Notes: a model not told the origin generated them from the sequence alone. DNA of 64,000 nt from an uncultured Massilia sp. (GCA_966212555.1 CBIHRX010000001.1:3928-67927), one strand, 5' to 3'. Shown: positions 24,834 through 35,174, numbered from the stretch's first letter. Numbers and translations: made by a program.

Positions 24834-25661
24834 TTACCCGAACCGCCCGCCGCTCACGCGCTCGATTCCCGCCAGGTCGCGCCAGCTCTGCACATCCATG
24901 AAGCCGGCGTCCGCCAGCAGCGTGCGCACGGCCGCCGCTTGGTTGTAGCCGTGTTCGAGCAGCAGCCAGCCGCCCGGCACGAGATGGCGCGGGCTGCCCG
25001 CGACGATGGTGCGCAGCGCGGACAGGCCGTCCGCATGGTCCGTCAGCGCACCGACCGGTTCGAAGCGCAGGTCGCCCTGGCCGAGATGGTCGTCGCCGGC
25101 CGCGATATAGGGCGGGTTGGAAGCGATGACGTCGAAGGTTTCAGCGGCCGCGAGCGCGTCGAACCAGCTGCTCTCCAGGAAGCGCACGCGCGCGCCGTTG
25201 GCGGTGGCGTTGGCCTGCGCGACGGCCAGCGCGTCCGGGCTGACGTCCAGCGCGGTGACGTCGGCATCCGGCCGCGTATGCGCGACGGCGACGGCGATCG
25301 CGCCGCTGCCCGTGCCCATGTCGAGCAGGCGCGGCGCGTTCTGCGGCAGGCGTTCCAATGACAGGTCGACGATCAGCTCCGTGTCCGGCCGCGGTATCAG
25401 CACGGCGGGGCCGACCTGGAAATCGAGGCCGAAGAATTCGCGCGTGCCGACGATGTACGCGATCGGTTCGCCGCGCAGCCGGCGCGCCACGAGATCATCG
25501 AGGCGGGACGCTTCGTCCGGCGTGAGCGCGCGGTCGCCCTGCGTGATCAACTGAACGCGCGTCAGGCCCGTGGCCTCGCACAGGAGGATGCGGTTTTCCA
25601 GCGGGTCGAGCGGCAGGCCTGCCTGCACGGCCGCGATGGTGGCGCCGGGCTGGATTGACAT
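24834..25661 (-). CDS. prmC: Release factor glutamine methyltransferase
   Basis: Motifs GEPIAYIVG.REFFG, LIPRPDTE, LDMGTGSGAIA and SNPPY; downstream of prfA. Confidence 0.95.
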   Translation of the reverse strand: MSIQPGATIAAVQAGLPLDPLENRILLCEATGLTRVQLITQGDRALTPDEASRLDDLVARRLRGEPIAYIVGTREFFGLDFQVGPAVLIPRPDTELIVDLSLERLPQNAPRLLDMGTGSGAIAVAVAHTRPDADVTALDVSPDALAVAQANATANGARVRFLESSWFDALAAAETFDVIASNPPYIAAGDDHLGQGDLRFEPVGALTDHADGLSALRTIVAGSPRHLVPGGWLLLEHGYNQAAAVRTLLADAGFMDVQSWRDLAGIERVSGGRFG

Positions 25662-26131
25662 CAGCGCGCGCGCCGTGCCAGCACCCAGACCAGGGCCAGC
25701 GTGAGGATCGTGAACCAGACGGCCGACCACTGCGGCACGTTCAGGCCGAACACGGTCTCCTGCGCCGCTTCGCACAGGCCATCCGCCTGGAACAGGCCGG
25801 GCAGCAGGGTCGCGGTCGGGATCTTGTTGAGCGTCGTCTGCATCGGATCGATGCCGCACGAAAAACCCGGGTGCGCCAGCACGTACAAATGCTTGCCGAC
25901 ATAGCCGAGGCCGCCCAGCGCGCACAGCAGCGCGAGCCCGGCGCCGGCCTTGATCTTGTTCGCGAAGGCGCCGATCAGGCTGAAGATGGCGATGCCGAGG
26001 TACAGGTAGCGCTGGATCACGCACAGCGGGCAGGGCAGCATGCCCTTCACGTGCTGGAGATACAAGGCCGCGCCGATCAGGGCGAGGCTGACGGCGGCGA
26101 TGGCGAGCAGGAGGTTGCGGGAGGAGGACAT
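25661..26131 (-). CDS. dsbB: Disulfide bond formation protein B
   Basis: PCPLCVIQR plus a second cysteine pair (FSCG, GLCE); four hydrophobic segments. Confidence 0.88.
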   Translation of the reverse strand: MSSSRNLLLAIAAVSLALIGAALYLQHVKGMLPCPLCVIQRYLYLGIAIFSLIGAFANKIKAGAGLALLCALGGLGYVGKHLYVLAHPGFSCGIDPMQTTLNKIPTATLLPGLFQADGLCEAAQETVFGLNVPQWSAVWFTILTLALVWVLARRAR

Positions 26132-26189
26132 GGGTTTCCTGGTGGCGGTGTCGAAGATGATATTTTCAGTCTAGCAACTTATAACGGTC

Positions 26190-27266
26190 TTAATCGCCCA
26201 GCGCGGCCAGCTGCTCGGCCTGGTGCTCGGCCGACAGGGCGTTCGTCAGTTCGGCCAGGTCGCCGTCCATGATCATGTCCAGCTTGTACAACGTCAAATT
26301 GATGCGGTGGTCCGTCAGGCGGCCCTGCGGGAAGTTGTAGGTGCGGATGCGCTCGCTGCGGTCGCCCGAGCCGATCAGGCTCTTACGGGTCGCGGCTTCC
26401 TTGCTCTGCTGTTCGCGCAATTGCACGTCCTTGATGCGCGCGGCCAGGACTTTCATCGCCTGCGCCTTGTTCTTGTGCTGGCTGCGGTCGTCCTGGCATT
26501 CGACGACGATACCGGTCGGCAGGTGCGTCAGGCGCACGGCGGAATCCGTCTTGTTGATGTGCTGTCCGCCGGCGCCCGAGGCGCGGAACGTGTCGATGCG
26601 CAGGTCGGCCGGGTTGATCTGCACGTCCTCGACTTCGTCCGCCTCCGGCATCACGGCGACGGTGCAGGCGGACGTGTGGATGCGGCCCTGCGTCTCCGTG
26701 GCCGGCACGCGTTGCACGCGGTGGCCGCCGGATTCGAATTTCAGTTTCGAATAGGCGCCCTGGCCGACGATGCGCACGATGACTTCGCGGTAGCCGCCCA
26801 GGTCGGACGGCGATTCCGACACCATCTCCACTTGCCAGCGGTTGCGTTCCGCGTAGCGCGTGTACATGCGCAGCAGGTCGCCCGCGAACAGCGCGGATTC
26901 GTCGCCGCCCGTGCCCGCGCGGATCTCGAGGAAGATGTTGCGCTCGTCGTTCTCGTCCTTCGGCAGCAGCATCTTCTGCAGTTCGAGATCCAGGGCCGCC
27001 ATGCGCGCCTTCGCCGCGTCGATCTCGTCCTGGGCGAATTCCTTCATGTCCGGGTCGGCCAGCATCTCCTGCGCGGCGTCGATGTCGGCCTGCGCGGTCT
27101 GGTACTGGCGATAGACGGCCACCAGCGGGCTCAGTTCCGCGTGTTCGCGGTTCAGCTTGCGGAAGCTGTCCATGTTCGCGGTGGCGCCTTCGGACATCAG
27201 GAGCTCGTCCAGTTCGACGAGGCGGTTGGCCAGTTGGTCCAGCTTGGCCAGCATGGATGGTTTCAT
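26190..27266 (-). CDS. prfA: Peptide chain release factor 1
   Basis: Motifs GAGGQH (GGQ), VQRVPAT and [11 protein letters not shown]. Confidence 0.97.
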   Translation of the reverse strand: MKPSMLAKLDQLANRLVELDELLMSEGATANMDSFRKLNREHAELSPLVAVYRQYQTAQADIDAAQEMLADPDMKEFAQDEIDAAKARMAALDLELQKMLLPKDENDERNIFLEIRAGTGGDESALFAGDLLRMYTRYAERNRWQVEMVSESPSDLGGYREVIVRIVGQGAYSKLKFESGGHRVQRVPATETQGRIHTSACTVAVMPEADEVEDVQINPADLRIDTFRASGAGGQHINKTDSAVRLTHLPTGIVVECQDDRSQHKNKAQAMKVLAARIKDVQLREQQSKEAATRKSLIGSGDRSERIRTYNFPQGRLTDHRINLTLYKLDMIMDGDLAELTNALSAEHQAEQLAALGD

Positions 27267-27339
27267 AGTATTTTTATCGGAATGACAGCGGACAAGCCGC
27301 GGGAAGCGGCACGCGGGTGCAACGAAGGAGTGCAGGCCG

Positions 27340-28614
27340 CTAACGGCGGCCGCGGAACAGCTGTGGCAGCAAGCTCGCGAGGCGGGCGCGTTCGTCGCCC
27401 TGGGCGCGGTGCAGGGCCTGTTGCGGGCCGTGCAGGAATTTCGCGGTCAGGCCCTTCGACAGGGCGTCGAGCACCGTCTCGATATCCTCGCCCCTGGCGA
27501 GCAGCTTGCGCGCCCGTTCCAGTTCAGCCAGGCGCATCGCCTCGCTCGATTCGTGCAGGTCGCGGATCACGGGCACCACGGCGCGGTCGCCGATCCAGTG
27601 CATGAACGACTGCACGCGCGTCTCGATGATGGCCTCGGCCTGGGCGACGGCCGCCTGGCGGCTTTCGACGCCGGTGCGCACCACCTCGGCCAGGTCGTCG
27701 ACCGTGTACAGGAACACGTCGTTCAGGCGGCCCACTTCCGGTTCGATGTCGCGCGGGACGGCCAGGTCGACCATGAACATCGGCCGGTGCCGCCGCGCTT
27801 TGATGGCGCGTTCGACGAGGCCCTTGCCGATCAGCGGCAAGGTGGAACCGGTGGAAGAGATCACGACGTCGAACTGCGCCAGGCGGTCGGACAGGTCGGC
27901 GAGGCCGATCGCGCTGCCGTTGAAGCGCGCGGCCAGCGCTTCGCCGCGCGCCAGCGTGCGGTTGGCGATCGTGATCGACTTCGGATTGTGGGCGGCGAAG
28001 TGCGTGGCGCACAGTTCGATCATTTCGCCGGCGCCGATGAACAGCACGTTCTGCTCGCTGACGCGGTCGAAGATGCGTTCCGACAGGCGCACGGCGGCGG
28101 CGGCCATCGACACGCTGTGCGCGCCGATCTCGGTGGTCGTGCGCACTTCCTTCGCGACGGCGAAGCTGCGCTGGAACAGCTGGTGCAGGTAGGTGCCGAG
28201 GCCGCCCGCCTCGTCGGCGACGCGCACGGCATCCTTCATCTGGCCGAGGATCTGCGCCTCGCCCAGCACCATCGAATCGAGGCCGGAGGCGACGCGGAAC
28301 GCGTGGCGCACGGCGTCGTGCTGCGGCAGCATGTACAAATGCGGACGCAGGTCGGCGAAATTCAGCTGGTGGTAATCCGCGAGGAAGCGCGCGGAAGCAT
28401 CGAGGGGATCGGGCGCGCAGCTGGCGGCGTACATCTCGGTGCGGTTGCACGTCGAGAGCAGCGCCGCTTCGTCTTCGCCGCGCGTGTTGAACCTGGAGAA
28501 CCACCCGCGCGCCGCCTGCACCGCCTCCCCGAGCTGCTCGGGCGCCAGCGCCAGTTGCTCGCGCAGCGAGACCGGTGCTGTGGTGTGATTGAGGCCGACG
28601 GCGAGCAGTTGCAT
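27340..28614 (-). CDS. hemA: Glutamyl-tRNA reductase
   Basis: Motifs [31 protein letters not shown] and DLAVPRDI. Confidence 0.97.
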   Translation of the reverse strand: MQLLAVGLNHTTAPVSLREQLALAPEQLGEAVQAARGWFSRFNTRGEDEAALLSTCNRTEMYAASCAPDPLDASARFLADYHQLNFADLRPHLYMLPQHDAVRHAFRVASGLDSMVLGEAQILGQMKDAVRVADEAGGLGTYLHQLFQRSFAVAKEVRTTTEIGAHSVSMAAAAVRLSERIFDRVSEQNVLFIGAGEMIELCATHFAAHNPKSITIANRTLARGEALAARFNGSAIGLADLSDRLAQFDVVISSTGSTLPLIGKGLVERAIKARRHRPMFMVDLAVPRDIEPEVGRLNDVFLYTVDDLAEVVRTGVESRQAAVAQAEAIIETRVQSFMHWIGDRAVVPVIRDLHESSEAMRLAELERARKLLARGEDIETVLDALSKGLTAKFLHGPQQALHRAQGDERARLASLLPQLFRGRR

Positions 28615-28667
28615 GGGTGATCAAAAATTGGGCAGCGCGCCCATTATACCCCTACGGCGTCAGGGTT

Positions 28668-29357
28668 TCACGCGCCCAGCTTTTCCAGCCTATAGCCGTA
28701 GCTATATACCGGCACAAGGCGGAAACCGTTCTCCGGACGCAGGCGCAGTTTGTTGCGGACGCGCGAAACGTGGGTGTCCATCGTACGCGACGGGACGGCC
28801 GTTTCGCGCACCCAGATCGATTCGTGGATGTACGCACGCGACAGGGGACGGCCCAGGTTGCGGAAAAACAGCAGCGCCAGGTTGAATTCCTTGTGCGTGA
28901 CGTCGATCTGCTCGCCGTCCATCATCAGGCGGCCCGGGCGCGTCTCGAAGATGTAGGGGCCGAATTGCAACTGTTCGGCGCCGTTCTGCGACGGGTACGC
29001 CCGGCGCAGCAGGGCTTGCGTGCGTGCGACCAGCTCGCCGCGGCGCAGCGGCTTGACGAGGTAGTCGTCGGCACCGGCCGTGACGCCGGCCACGATGTCG
29101 TCTTCGGCCGAGCTGCCGGCCAGGAACATCGTCGGGGTGTTCGGCGCCAGTTTTTCCTTGGCGCGGCGCAGGAGTTCCGCCGCCGGGACGTCGCTCACTT
29201 GCCAGTCGACGATCAGCAAATCGGTGCTGTCCTTGCGGAGTTGCCCCAGCAATTCCTTGCCGCTGTCAAAGGCTTGGCAGCTGTGCCCAGCTCCGTTCAG
29301 AACTTGGCAGATGAGTTCTGCCTGCGTCGTGTCGTTGTCCAGTACGGATATTCTCAT
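28668..29357 (-). CDS. Orphan OmpR-family response regulator
   Basis: Receiver domain (VLDND, IVDW, GADDYLVKP) plus winged helix (RTMDTHVSRVRNKL, VYSYGYRL). Confidence 0.9.
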   Translation of the reverse strand: MRISVLDNDTTQAELICQVLNGAGHSCQAFDSGKELLGQLRKDSTDLLIVDWQVSDVPAAELLRRAKEKLAPNTPTMFLAGSSAEDDIVAGVTAGADDYLVKPLRRGELVARTQALLRRAYPSQNGAEQLQFGPYIFETRPGRLMMDGEQIDVTHKEFNLALLFFRNLGRPLSRAYIHESIWVRETAVPSRTMDTHVSRVRNKLRLRPENGFRLVPVYSYGYRLEKLGA

Positions 29358-29398
29358 GATTTTCAGGCTGTCTCGGCTTGTGGGACTTAGGACATCAC

Positions 29399-29416
29399 TG
29401 TAGGAACATTCCTACA
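29399..29416. promoter_or_regulatory. 18-bp palindromic operator candidate
   Basis: TGTAGGAA-CA-TTCCTACA, flanked by GACAT/ATGTC, between two divergent genes. Confidence 0.6.
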
Positions 29417-29567
29417 ATGTCACTAAATATATCAGACTTTTAAAACGCAAAGCTACCGATGCCTCAGATAAATTCACATTTTCGTTGGGAAATTGCGTCA
29501 TAGTTGTGTCAAGCCGTAGACAAACTCCCGGTTACACTAACTTCAAAATTGTGGTTGAGGAGCTAAC

Positions 29568-30074
29568 ATGTTCAAGAGGAAGAACAAGGACGGCGACCTG
29601 GCGCTGCTGCCGGTCTCGAGCGAGGACATCGAAAGAGTGCGCGAACGCTGCCGCGGCCTCGTGCGCAAGCGTGCGGCCATTTCGGCCGGCGTGTCCGTGA
29701 TCCCGGTGCCGGGCGTGGACATCGTGGCGGACCTGTCCAGCTTCGCCGTCATGGTGGAAGAGATCAACCGGGCGTTCGGCCTGTCGCCGGAACAGATCGA
29801 CCGGCTGCAGCCGCGCATGCGCATCGCCGCCTACCAGGCCGTGGCGGCGATCGGCAGTACGCTCGTGGGCAAGATCGTGACGAAGGAGCTGGTGCTGAAA
29901 GTGTTGCAGAAGTCGGGCGCCAAGCTGGCGGCCAAGTCGGCGGCGAAGATCGTGCCGCTGGCGGGGCAGGTCGCGTCGGCCGCGATCGGCTTCGCGTTAT
30001 TCAGGCAGATGGGCTACCAGCACATCGACGCCTGCACGCGCGTGGCGCGCGAGGTGGCGGCGGCACCGGCGTAA
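29568..30074 (+). CDS. Hypothetical protein, DUF697-like
   Basis: Contains AAISAGVSVIPVPGVDI and AAKIVPLAGQ; RBS GAGGAG; codon usage typical of the window. Confidence 0.65.
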   Translation: MFKRKNKDGDLALLPVSSEDIERVRERCRGLVRKRAAISAGVSVIPVPGVDIVADLSSFAVMVEEINRAFGLSPEQIDRLQPRMRIAAYQAVAAIGSTLVGKIVTKELVLKVLQKSGAKLAAKSAAKIVPLAGQVASAAIGFALFRQMGYQHIDACTRVAREVAAAPA

Positions 30075-30096
30075 CCGGCGCCGCCGATAGGCAGAG

Positions 30097-30348
30097 TCAG
30101 GCGTCCGGCAGGACGACGTTGACGTCGAGAACTTCCAGGTTGCCCTGGCGGTCGAGGGAAATCTTGATGTCCTCGGCGCTGACCTTGGTGTACTTGGAGA
30201 TCACTTCGATCAGCTCGCGGTGCAGGGCGGGCAGGAAATCCGGGCCGTCACGGCCGCTGCGTTCGCGGGCGATGATGATCTGCAGCCTTTCCTTGGCCGC
30301 TGTCGCGCTTTTCTGATTCTTGGGAAACAGGAATGAAAGCAGGGGCAT
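30097..30348 (-). CDS. minE: Cell division topological specificity factor MinE
   Basis: SATAAKERLQIIIARER and LEVLDVNVVLP; ATG at 30348. Confidence 0.95.
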   Translation of the reverse strand: MPLLSFLFPKNQKSATAAKERLQIIIARERSGRDGPDFLPALHRELIEVISKYTKVSAEDIKISLDRQGNLEVLDVNVVLPDA

Positions 30349-30349
30349 A

Positions 30350-31165
30350 TCACTTCGCTCCGAACAGGCGCTGCAGGAAACCCGGCTTTTCGTAACTGGT
30401 GAAGCGCAGCGGAATTTCTTCGCCGAGGAAACGCGACACGACATCCTGGTACGCCTGGGCCACGTCCGTATCCTTGAAGTGGATGGCCGGATTGCCCTGG
30501 TTCGATGCGTGCAGCACGGCTTCCGACTCCGGAATGATGCCGAGCAGGGGGATGCGCAGGATTTCCTGCACGTCCTGGTACGACAGCATTTCGTCGTTTT
30601 CCACGCGGCGCGGGGAATAGCGGGTGATCAGGAGGTGTTCCTTGACCGGCTCGCCGCCGCTCTGGGCGCGGCGCGACTTCGCCTGCAGGATGCCGAGGAT
30701 GCGGTCGGAGTCGCGCACGGACGACACTTCCGGGTTGGTGACGATCAGCGCCTCGTCGGCGAACGTCAGCGCCATCAGGGCGCCGTGCTCGATGCCGGCC
30801 GGGGAGTCGCAGATGATGAACTCGAAGTCCATCTTGACCAGCTCGTTCAAGACGTTTTCCACGCCTTCTTCCGACAGCGCATCCTTGTCGCGCGTCTGCG
30901 ATGCAGGCAGGATGAACAGGTTGTCGCAGTGCTTGTCCTTGATCAGGGCCTGGGTCAGGCTCGCTTCGCCGTTGATGACGTTGATCAGGTCGTACACGAC
31001 ACGACGCTCGCAACCCATGATCAAGTCGAGGTTGCGCAGGCCGACGTCGAAGTCGATGACGACGGTCTTGTGGCCGCGCAGCGCGAGGCCGGTCGAGAAG
31101 CTGGCGCTCGAGGTGGTCTTGCCCACACCACCTTTACCGGACGTTACAACGATAATTCTTGCCAT
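30350..31165 (-). CDS. minD: Septum site-determining ATPase MinD
   Basis: SGKGGVGKTT, DFDVGLRNLD and DSPAGIE. Confidence 0.97.
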   Translation of the reverse strand: MARIIVVTSGKGGVGKTTSSASFSTGLALRGHKTVVIDFDVGLRNLDLIMGCERRVVYDLINVINGEASLTQALIKDKHCDNLFILPASQTRDKDALSEEGVENVLNELVKMDFEFIICDSPAGIEHGALMALTFADEALIVTNPEVSSVRDSDRILGILQAKSRRAQSGGEPVKEHLLITRYSPRRVENDEMLSYQDVQEILRIPLLGIIPESEAVLHASNQGNPAIHFKDTDVAQAYQDVVSRFLGEEIPLRFTSYEKPGFLQRLFGAK

Positions 31166-31218
31166 GAAAAAATTGTGTCCTTTTCAGTATCTGGTCAGTG
31201 CTGGTACGGGGGGGCGCC

Positions 31219-32001
31219 TTAGTTGCGGGTCGCCGAACCCAGCGATGATATATCGATTCGGTCGCCGACCAAACGGATTTGTGCCGGCTGGCGTGCGACC
31301 TCTGCGGGGAAACCTTCGTCGAACGTCCGGTAAACGCCCGCGATCGACACCAGTTCGGGTTGCAACTGCAGCGCGAAGATGCGCGCGCCCGCATTGCCCG
31401 ACGCCCCGGCCAGCGCGCGGCCATGCAGCGGCGCGTACACGTGGATGCTGCCGTCGGCGATGAGCTCGGCGCCATTGTTCACGACGGCGGTCACGATCAG
31501 GTCGGTGCCGCGCGCGTAGATGCGCTGGCCGGCACGGACCGGCGTATCGACGATCATCGCGTGCACCGGTGCCGGCGCGGAGGAGGCCGACGCGGGCGCG
31601 GGTGGCGGCGCGGGCTCTGCCGTTTCGGCCGGTGCCGCGGGCATTTCCCGCTCGCGGCCGGCGCTCGTTTGCAGTCCGCTGGTGCCGTCGTCCAGGAACA
31701 GGTCGTGGGCGCGGATCACGTCGTGCAGCGCGGCCGGCGCGCCGCGCACGGCGACGGCGTTCAGGCGGTACTTCTTGAGCAGCGCGACCAGCGATTCCCA
31801 GTCGATGTGCGCGGCGTCGTCCGCGATGCCGGCGACGTCGATGACGGCGAATTCATCCTCGAAGAAATCCGATACACCCCCGGTCATCTGCTTCAGCGCG
31901 GCATCGATCGCGAGCGGATCGGCCGAGTGCAGGATGGTCGAAATGGCCACGACCGTGGAGATCTTGATTTCGATGGGCAGGGAGCTCGAGCTTTTGGGCA
32001 T
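31219..32001 (-). CDS. minC: Septum site-determining protein MinC
   Basis: C-terminal PVRAGQRIYA, VNNGAELIADGSIHVY and GRALAGA; upstream of minD. Confidence 0.94.
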   Translation of the reverse strand: MPKSSSSLPIEIKISTVVAISTILHSADPLAIDAALKQMTGGVSDFFEDEFAVIDVAGIADDAAHIDWESLVALLKKYRLNAVAVRGAPAALHDVIRAHDLFLDDGTSGLQTSAGREREMPAAPAETAEPAPPPAPASASSAPAPVHAMIVDTPVRAGQRIYARGTDLIVTAVVNNGAELIADGSIHVYAPLHGRALAGASGNAGARIFALQLQPELVSIAGVYRTFDEGFPAEVARQPAQIRLVGDRIDISSLGSATRN

Positions 32002-32136
32002 AAATCAATGTGGTTGGCTTAGCCCGTGCATTCTACTGTGAAATTTCACTCAACGGAAAAGGGTTTTGGCCGGGTTTGGATGACTGGAAACTCCTGTTTC
32101 CTGAACAAAAATAATGACTGAGAAAGATGCTCAGCC

Positions 32137-32202
32137 TTAAGCAAAATCAATAAAAAGGCTGTTTTTTCCGATGAATAAGCTGATAAGATTGATTTTGCTT
32201 AA
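32137..32202. repeat. 15-bp perfect inverted repeat with 36-bp spacer
   Basis: TTAAGCAAAATCAAT at 32137-32151 and ATTGATTTTGCTTAA at 32188-32202. Confidence 0.8.
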
Positions 32203-32387
32203 ACAAGATTTAAGCGAGGTCACTAATATTGTTGGCTTTCTGTCCAAGCCTGAGCGGAGATTGTGATTCCTCAAGCGCGCGTTGTGCTGGTGTTCGAATT
32301 CTTCCAGGCCTGGCCAGAAAAAGGCCGACAGCAGGGCTGTCCACTCATTGAACCCCGGCCGCTGGGGCCGGGATACCGGAGATTGAT

Positions 32388-33563
32388 ATGGAAGATGTCG
32401 TAATCGTGGCCGCTGGCCGTACTGCAATCGGCAAGTTCGGTGGCACGCTCTCAAAAATTCCGGCTGCCGAGCTAGGCGCCCAGGTCATCAAGCACCTGCT
32501 GACGAAGACCGGCATCGACCCGGCCGCGGTCAGCGAAGTCATCATGGGCCAAGTCCTCACGGCCGGCGTCGGCCAGAACCCGGCGCGCCAGGCGGTCATC
32601 AAGAGCGGCCTGCCGGACAAGGTCCCGGCCTTTACCCTGAACATGGTGTGCGGCTCCGGCCTGCGCGCCACCCACCTGGCGGCCCAAGCCATCAAGTGCG
32701 GCGACGCATCGATCGTCATCGCCGGCGGCCAGGAAAACATGAGCGCCTCGCCGCACGTGCTGAACGGTTCGCGCGACGGCTTCCGCATGGGCGACGCCAA
32801 GCTGACCGACACGATGATCGTGGACGGCCTGTGGGACGTCTACAACCAGTACCACATGGGCGTGACGGCCGAGAACGTCGCGCGCAAGTACGAGATCTCG
32901 CGCCAGGAACAGGACGAATTCGCGCTGCAGTCGCAGCTGAAGGCCGAGGCCGCGCAAAAGGCCGGCAAGTTCAAGGACGAGATCATCCCGATCGAGATCG
33001 TGTCCAAGAAGGGCACCACCGTGTTCGATACCGACGAGTATCCGAAGCACGGCGCCACGCTGGAAGGCATGACCAGCCTGCGTCCGGCGTTCAACAAGGA
33101 AGGCACCGTCACCGCCGGCAACGCCTCCGGCCTGAACGACGGCGCCGCCGCCGTCATCATGATGTCGGCCTCGAAAGCCAAGGAACTGGGCCTGACCCCG
33201 CTGGCCCGCATCAAGGCCTATTCGTCGGCCGGCCTGGACCCGGCCATCATGGGCATGGGCCCCGTCGACGCCGCCCGCCAGGCGCTGGAACGCGCCGGCT
33301 GGACGCACGAGGAAGTCGACCTGATGGAAATCAACGAAGCCTTCGCCGCCCAGGCCGTCGCCGTCAACAAGCAGATGGGCTGGGATACGTCGAAGATCAA
33401 CGTCAACGGCGGCGCGATCGCGCTGGGCCACCCGATCGGCGCCTCGGGCGCGCGCGTGCTGGTGACCCTGCTGCACGAAATGATCCGCCGCGACGCCAAG
33501 AAAGGCCTGGCTGCGCTGTGCATCGGCGGCGGGATGGGCGTGGCCCTGGCGGTCGAGCGCTGA
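32388..33563 (+). CDS. phaA: Acetyl-CoA acetyltransferase (beta-ketothiolase)
   Basis: Motifs [26 protein letters not shown] and LCIGGGMG; followed by phaB. Confidence 0.92.
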   Translation: MEDVVIVAAGRTAIGKFGGTLSKIPAAELGAQVIKHLLTKTGIDPAAVSEVIMGQVLTAGVGQNPARQAVIKSGLPDKVPAFTLNMVCGSGLRATHLAAQAIKCGDASIVIAGGQENMSASPHVLNGSRDGFRMGDAKLTDTMIVDGLWDVYNQYHMGVTAENVARKYEISRQEQDEFALQSQLKAEAAQKAGKFKDEIIPIEIVSKKGTTVFDTDEYPKHGATLEGMTSLRPAFNKEGTVTAGNASGLNDGAAAVIMMSASKAKELGLTPLARIKAYSSAGLDPAIMGMGPVDAARQALERAGWTHEEVDLMEINEAFAAQAVAVNKQMGWDTSKINVNGGAIALGHPIGASGARVLVTLLHEMIRRDAKKGLAALCIGGGMGVALAVER

Positions 33564-33641
33564 GAAAGTAATTGCGCACGGCGCTACGGACGGCGTCGTG
33601 CGTCGTAGTCAACAGGTTAAGTGAAAAACTAGGAGAAGACG

Positions 33642-34382
33642 ATGGCTAGAGTGGCATTAGTGACCGGCGGCATGGGCGGCCTGGGTGAAGCGATCTGCAT
33701 CAAACTGGCGGCGCTCGGCTACAAGGTCGTGACGACGTACTCGCCGGGCAGCAAGAAAGCGGAAGGCTGGCTTGCTGCGATGCGCGAGCAGGGCCACGAC
33801 TTCAAGGCCTACGAATGCGACGTGTCCGATTACGACTCCGCCCAGGCCTGCGTGGCCAAGGTCGCACAGGAAGTCGGCCCCGTCGATGTGCTGGTCAACA
33901 ACGCCGGTATCACGCGCGACATGACTTTCAAGAAGATGGACAAGGTCAATTGGGATGCGGTCATGAAGACCAACCTGGATTCCGTGTTCAACATGACCAA
34001 GCCCGTCACCGACGGCATGGTCGAGCGCGGTTGGGGCCGCATCATCAACATCTCGTCCGTCAACGGCCAGAAGGGCGCGTTCGGCCAGACCAACTACTCG
34101 GCGGCCAAGGCCGGCATCCACGGCTTCACGAAGGCCCTGGCGCTGGAAGTGGCGCGCAAGGGCGTCACCGTGAACACCATCTCGCCGGGCTACATCGGCA
34201 CCAAGATGGTCACCGACATCCCGGCCGAAGTGCTGGAATCGAAGATCCTGCCGCAGATCCCGATGGGCCGCCTGGGCAAGCCGGAAGAAGTGGCCGGCCT
34301 GGTCGCGTACCTGTCGTCGGACGAGGCAGCCTTCGTCACCGGCGCCAACATCGCCATCAACGGCGGCCAGCACATGCAGTAA
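33642..34382 (+). CDS. phaB: Acetoacetyl-CoA reductase
   Basis: Motifs TGGMGGLG, NNAGITRD, NGQKGAFGQTNYSAAK and INGGQHM. Confidence 0.94.
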   Translation: MARVALVTGGMGGLGEAICIKLAALGYKVVTTYSPGSKKAEGWLAAMREQGHDFKAYECDVSDYDSAQACVAKVAQEVGPVDVLVNNAGITRDMTFKKMDKVNWDAVMKTNLDSVFNMTKPVTDGMVERGWGRIINISSVNGQKGAFGQTNYSAAKAGIHGFTKALALEVARKGVTVNTISPGYIGTKMVTDIPAEVLESKILPQIPMGRLGKPEEVAGLVAYLSSDEAAFVTGANIAINGGQHMQ

Positions 34383-34407
34383 GCGGTCACCGCTTGCAAT
34401 GCAACGG

Positions 34408-34432
34408 CACCGCCTCCGGGCGGTGTTTTTTT
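34408..34432 (+). terminator. Rho-independent terminator of phaAB
   Basis: CACCGCC-TCCG-GGCGGTG followed by T7. Confidence 0.85.
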
Positions 34433-34445
34433 ATCCGGAGCCGCC

Positions 34446-35174
34446 ATGCCGCCCTTGACCGCCAAGCCCTATCTGCGTTCCGTCCAGATCGATCCACAGG
34501 CGGACATCGATGTCGACCGTTATCCGTTCACCATTCCCGCCGTGCGCGACCTGGGCGTGCTCGAGCCGCATCCGGACGTGACCTTTTTCGTCGGCGAGAA
34601 CGGCGCGGGCAAGTCGACCGTGCTGGAAGCGATCGCGGTGGCCCTGGGGTTGCCGGCGGAGGGCGGCACGAAGAACGTGCACCGGCAGCAGCAGGAGGTG
34701 TCGCCGCTGCATCGGCTGCTGCGCGTGGCCAAGGGCTGGCGCTGGCCGCGCAACAGTTACTTCCTGCGCGCGGAAAGCCTGTTCAACGTGTTCACCTATC
34801 TCGACGCACTGGGCCCCGATCCGCGCGACCGGCCGTCGCTGCACACGCGCTCGCACGGCGAAGCCTTCATGGCCGTGCTGCAGGATTTCAAAGGCGAAGG
34901 CTTGTACCTGCTGGACGAACCCGAAGCGGCACTGTCCCCGAACCGCCAGCTGGCCGCGCTGGCCGTCATCGACGGGCTCGTGAAGCAGGGCGCCCAGTTC
35001 ATCATCGCGACCCACTCGCCGATCCTGCTCGCGTACCCGCGCGCGAAGATCCTCAGCTTCGACGGCACGGGCATCGCCGAGATCGACTATGAAGATACGG
35101 AACACTATGCCGTCACGCGCGACTTCCTGAACCACTACCCGCGCCGCCTCGAACAACTGCTCAACGACAAATGA
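34446..35174 (+). CDS. Stand-alone ABC/SMC-like ATPase (COG3910 / AAA_21-like)
   Basis: Walker A GENGAGKST, RSHGE, Walker B YLLDEPE, AALSP and H-loop IATHSP. Confidence 0.85.
   Translation: MPPLTAKPYLRSVQIDPQADIDVDRYPFTIPAVRDLGVLEPHPDVTFFVGENGAGKSTVLEAIAVALGLPAEGGTKNVHRQQQEVSPLHRLLRVAKGWRWPRNSYFLRAESLFNVFTYLDALGPDPRDRPSLHTRSHGEAFMAVLQDFKGEGLYLLDEPEAALSPNRQLAALAVIDGLVKQGAQFIIATHSPILLAYPRAKILSFDGTGIAEIDYEDTEHYAVTRDFLNHYPRRLEQLLNDK

Noticed and set aside
32034-32051. CTGT-N8-AC as a LexA box at minC
   Set aside because: The right half reads ACTC rather than ACAG, which is too degenerate; kept only as an unassigned palindrome.
32388-34382. phaAB without adjacent phaC or phaR
   Set aside because: Split pha loci are common in Betaproteobacteria; not unusual without the rest of the genome.
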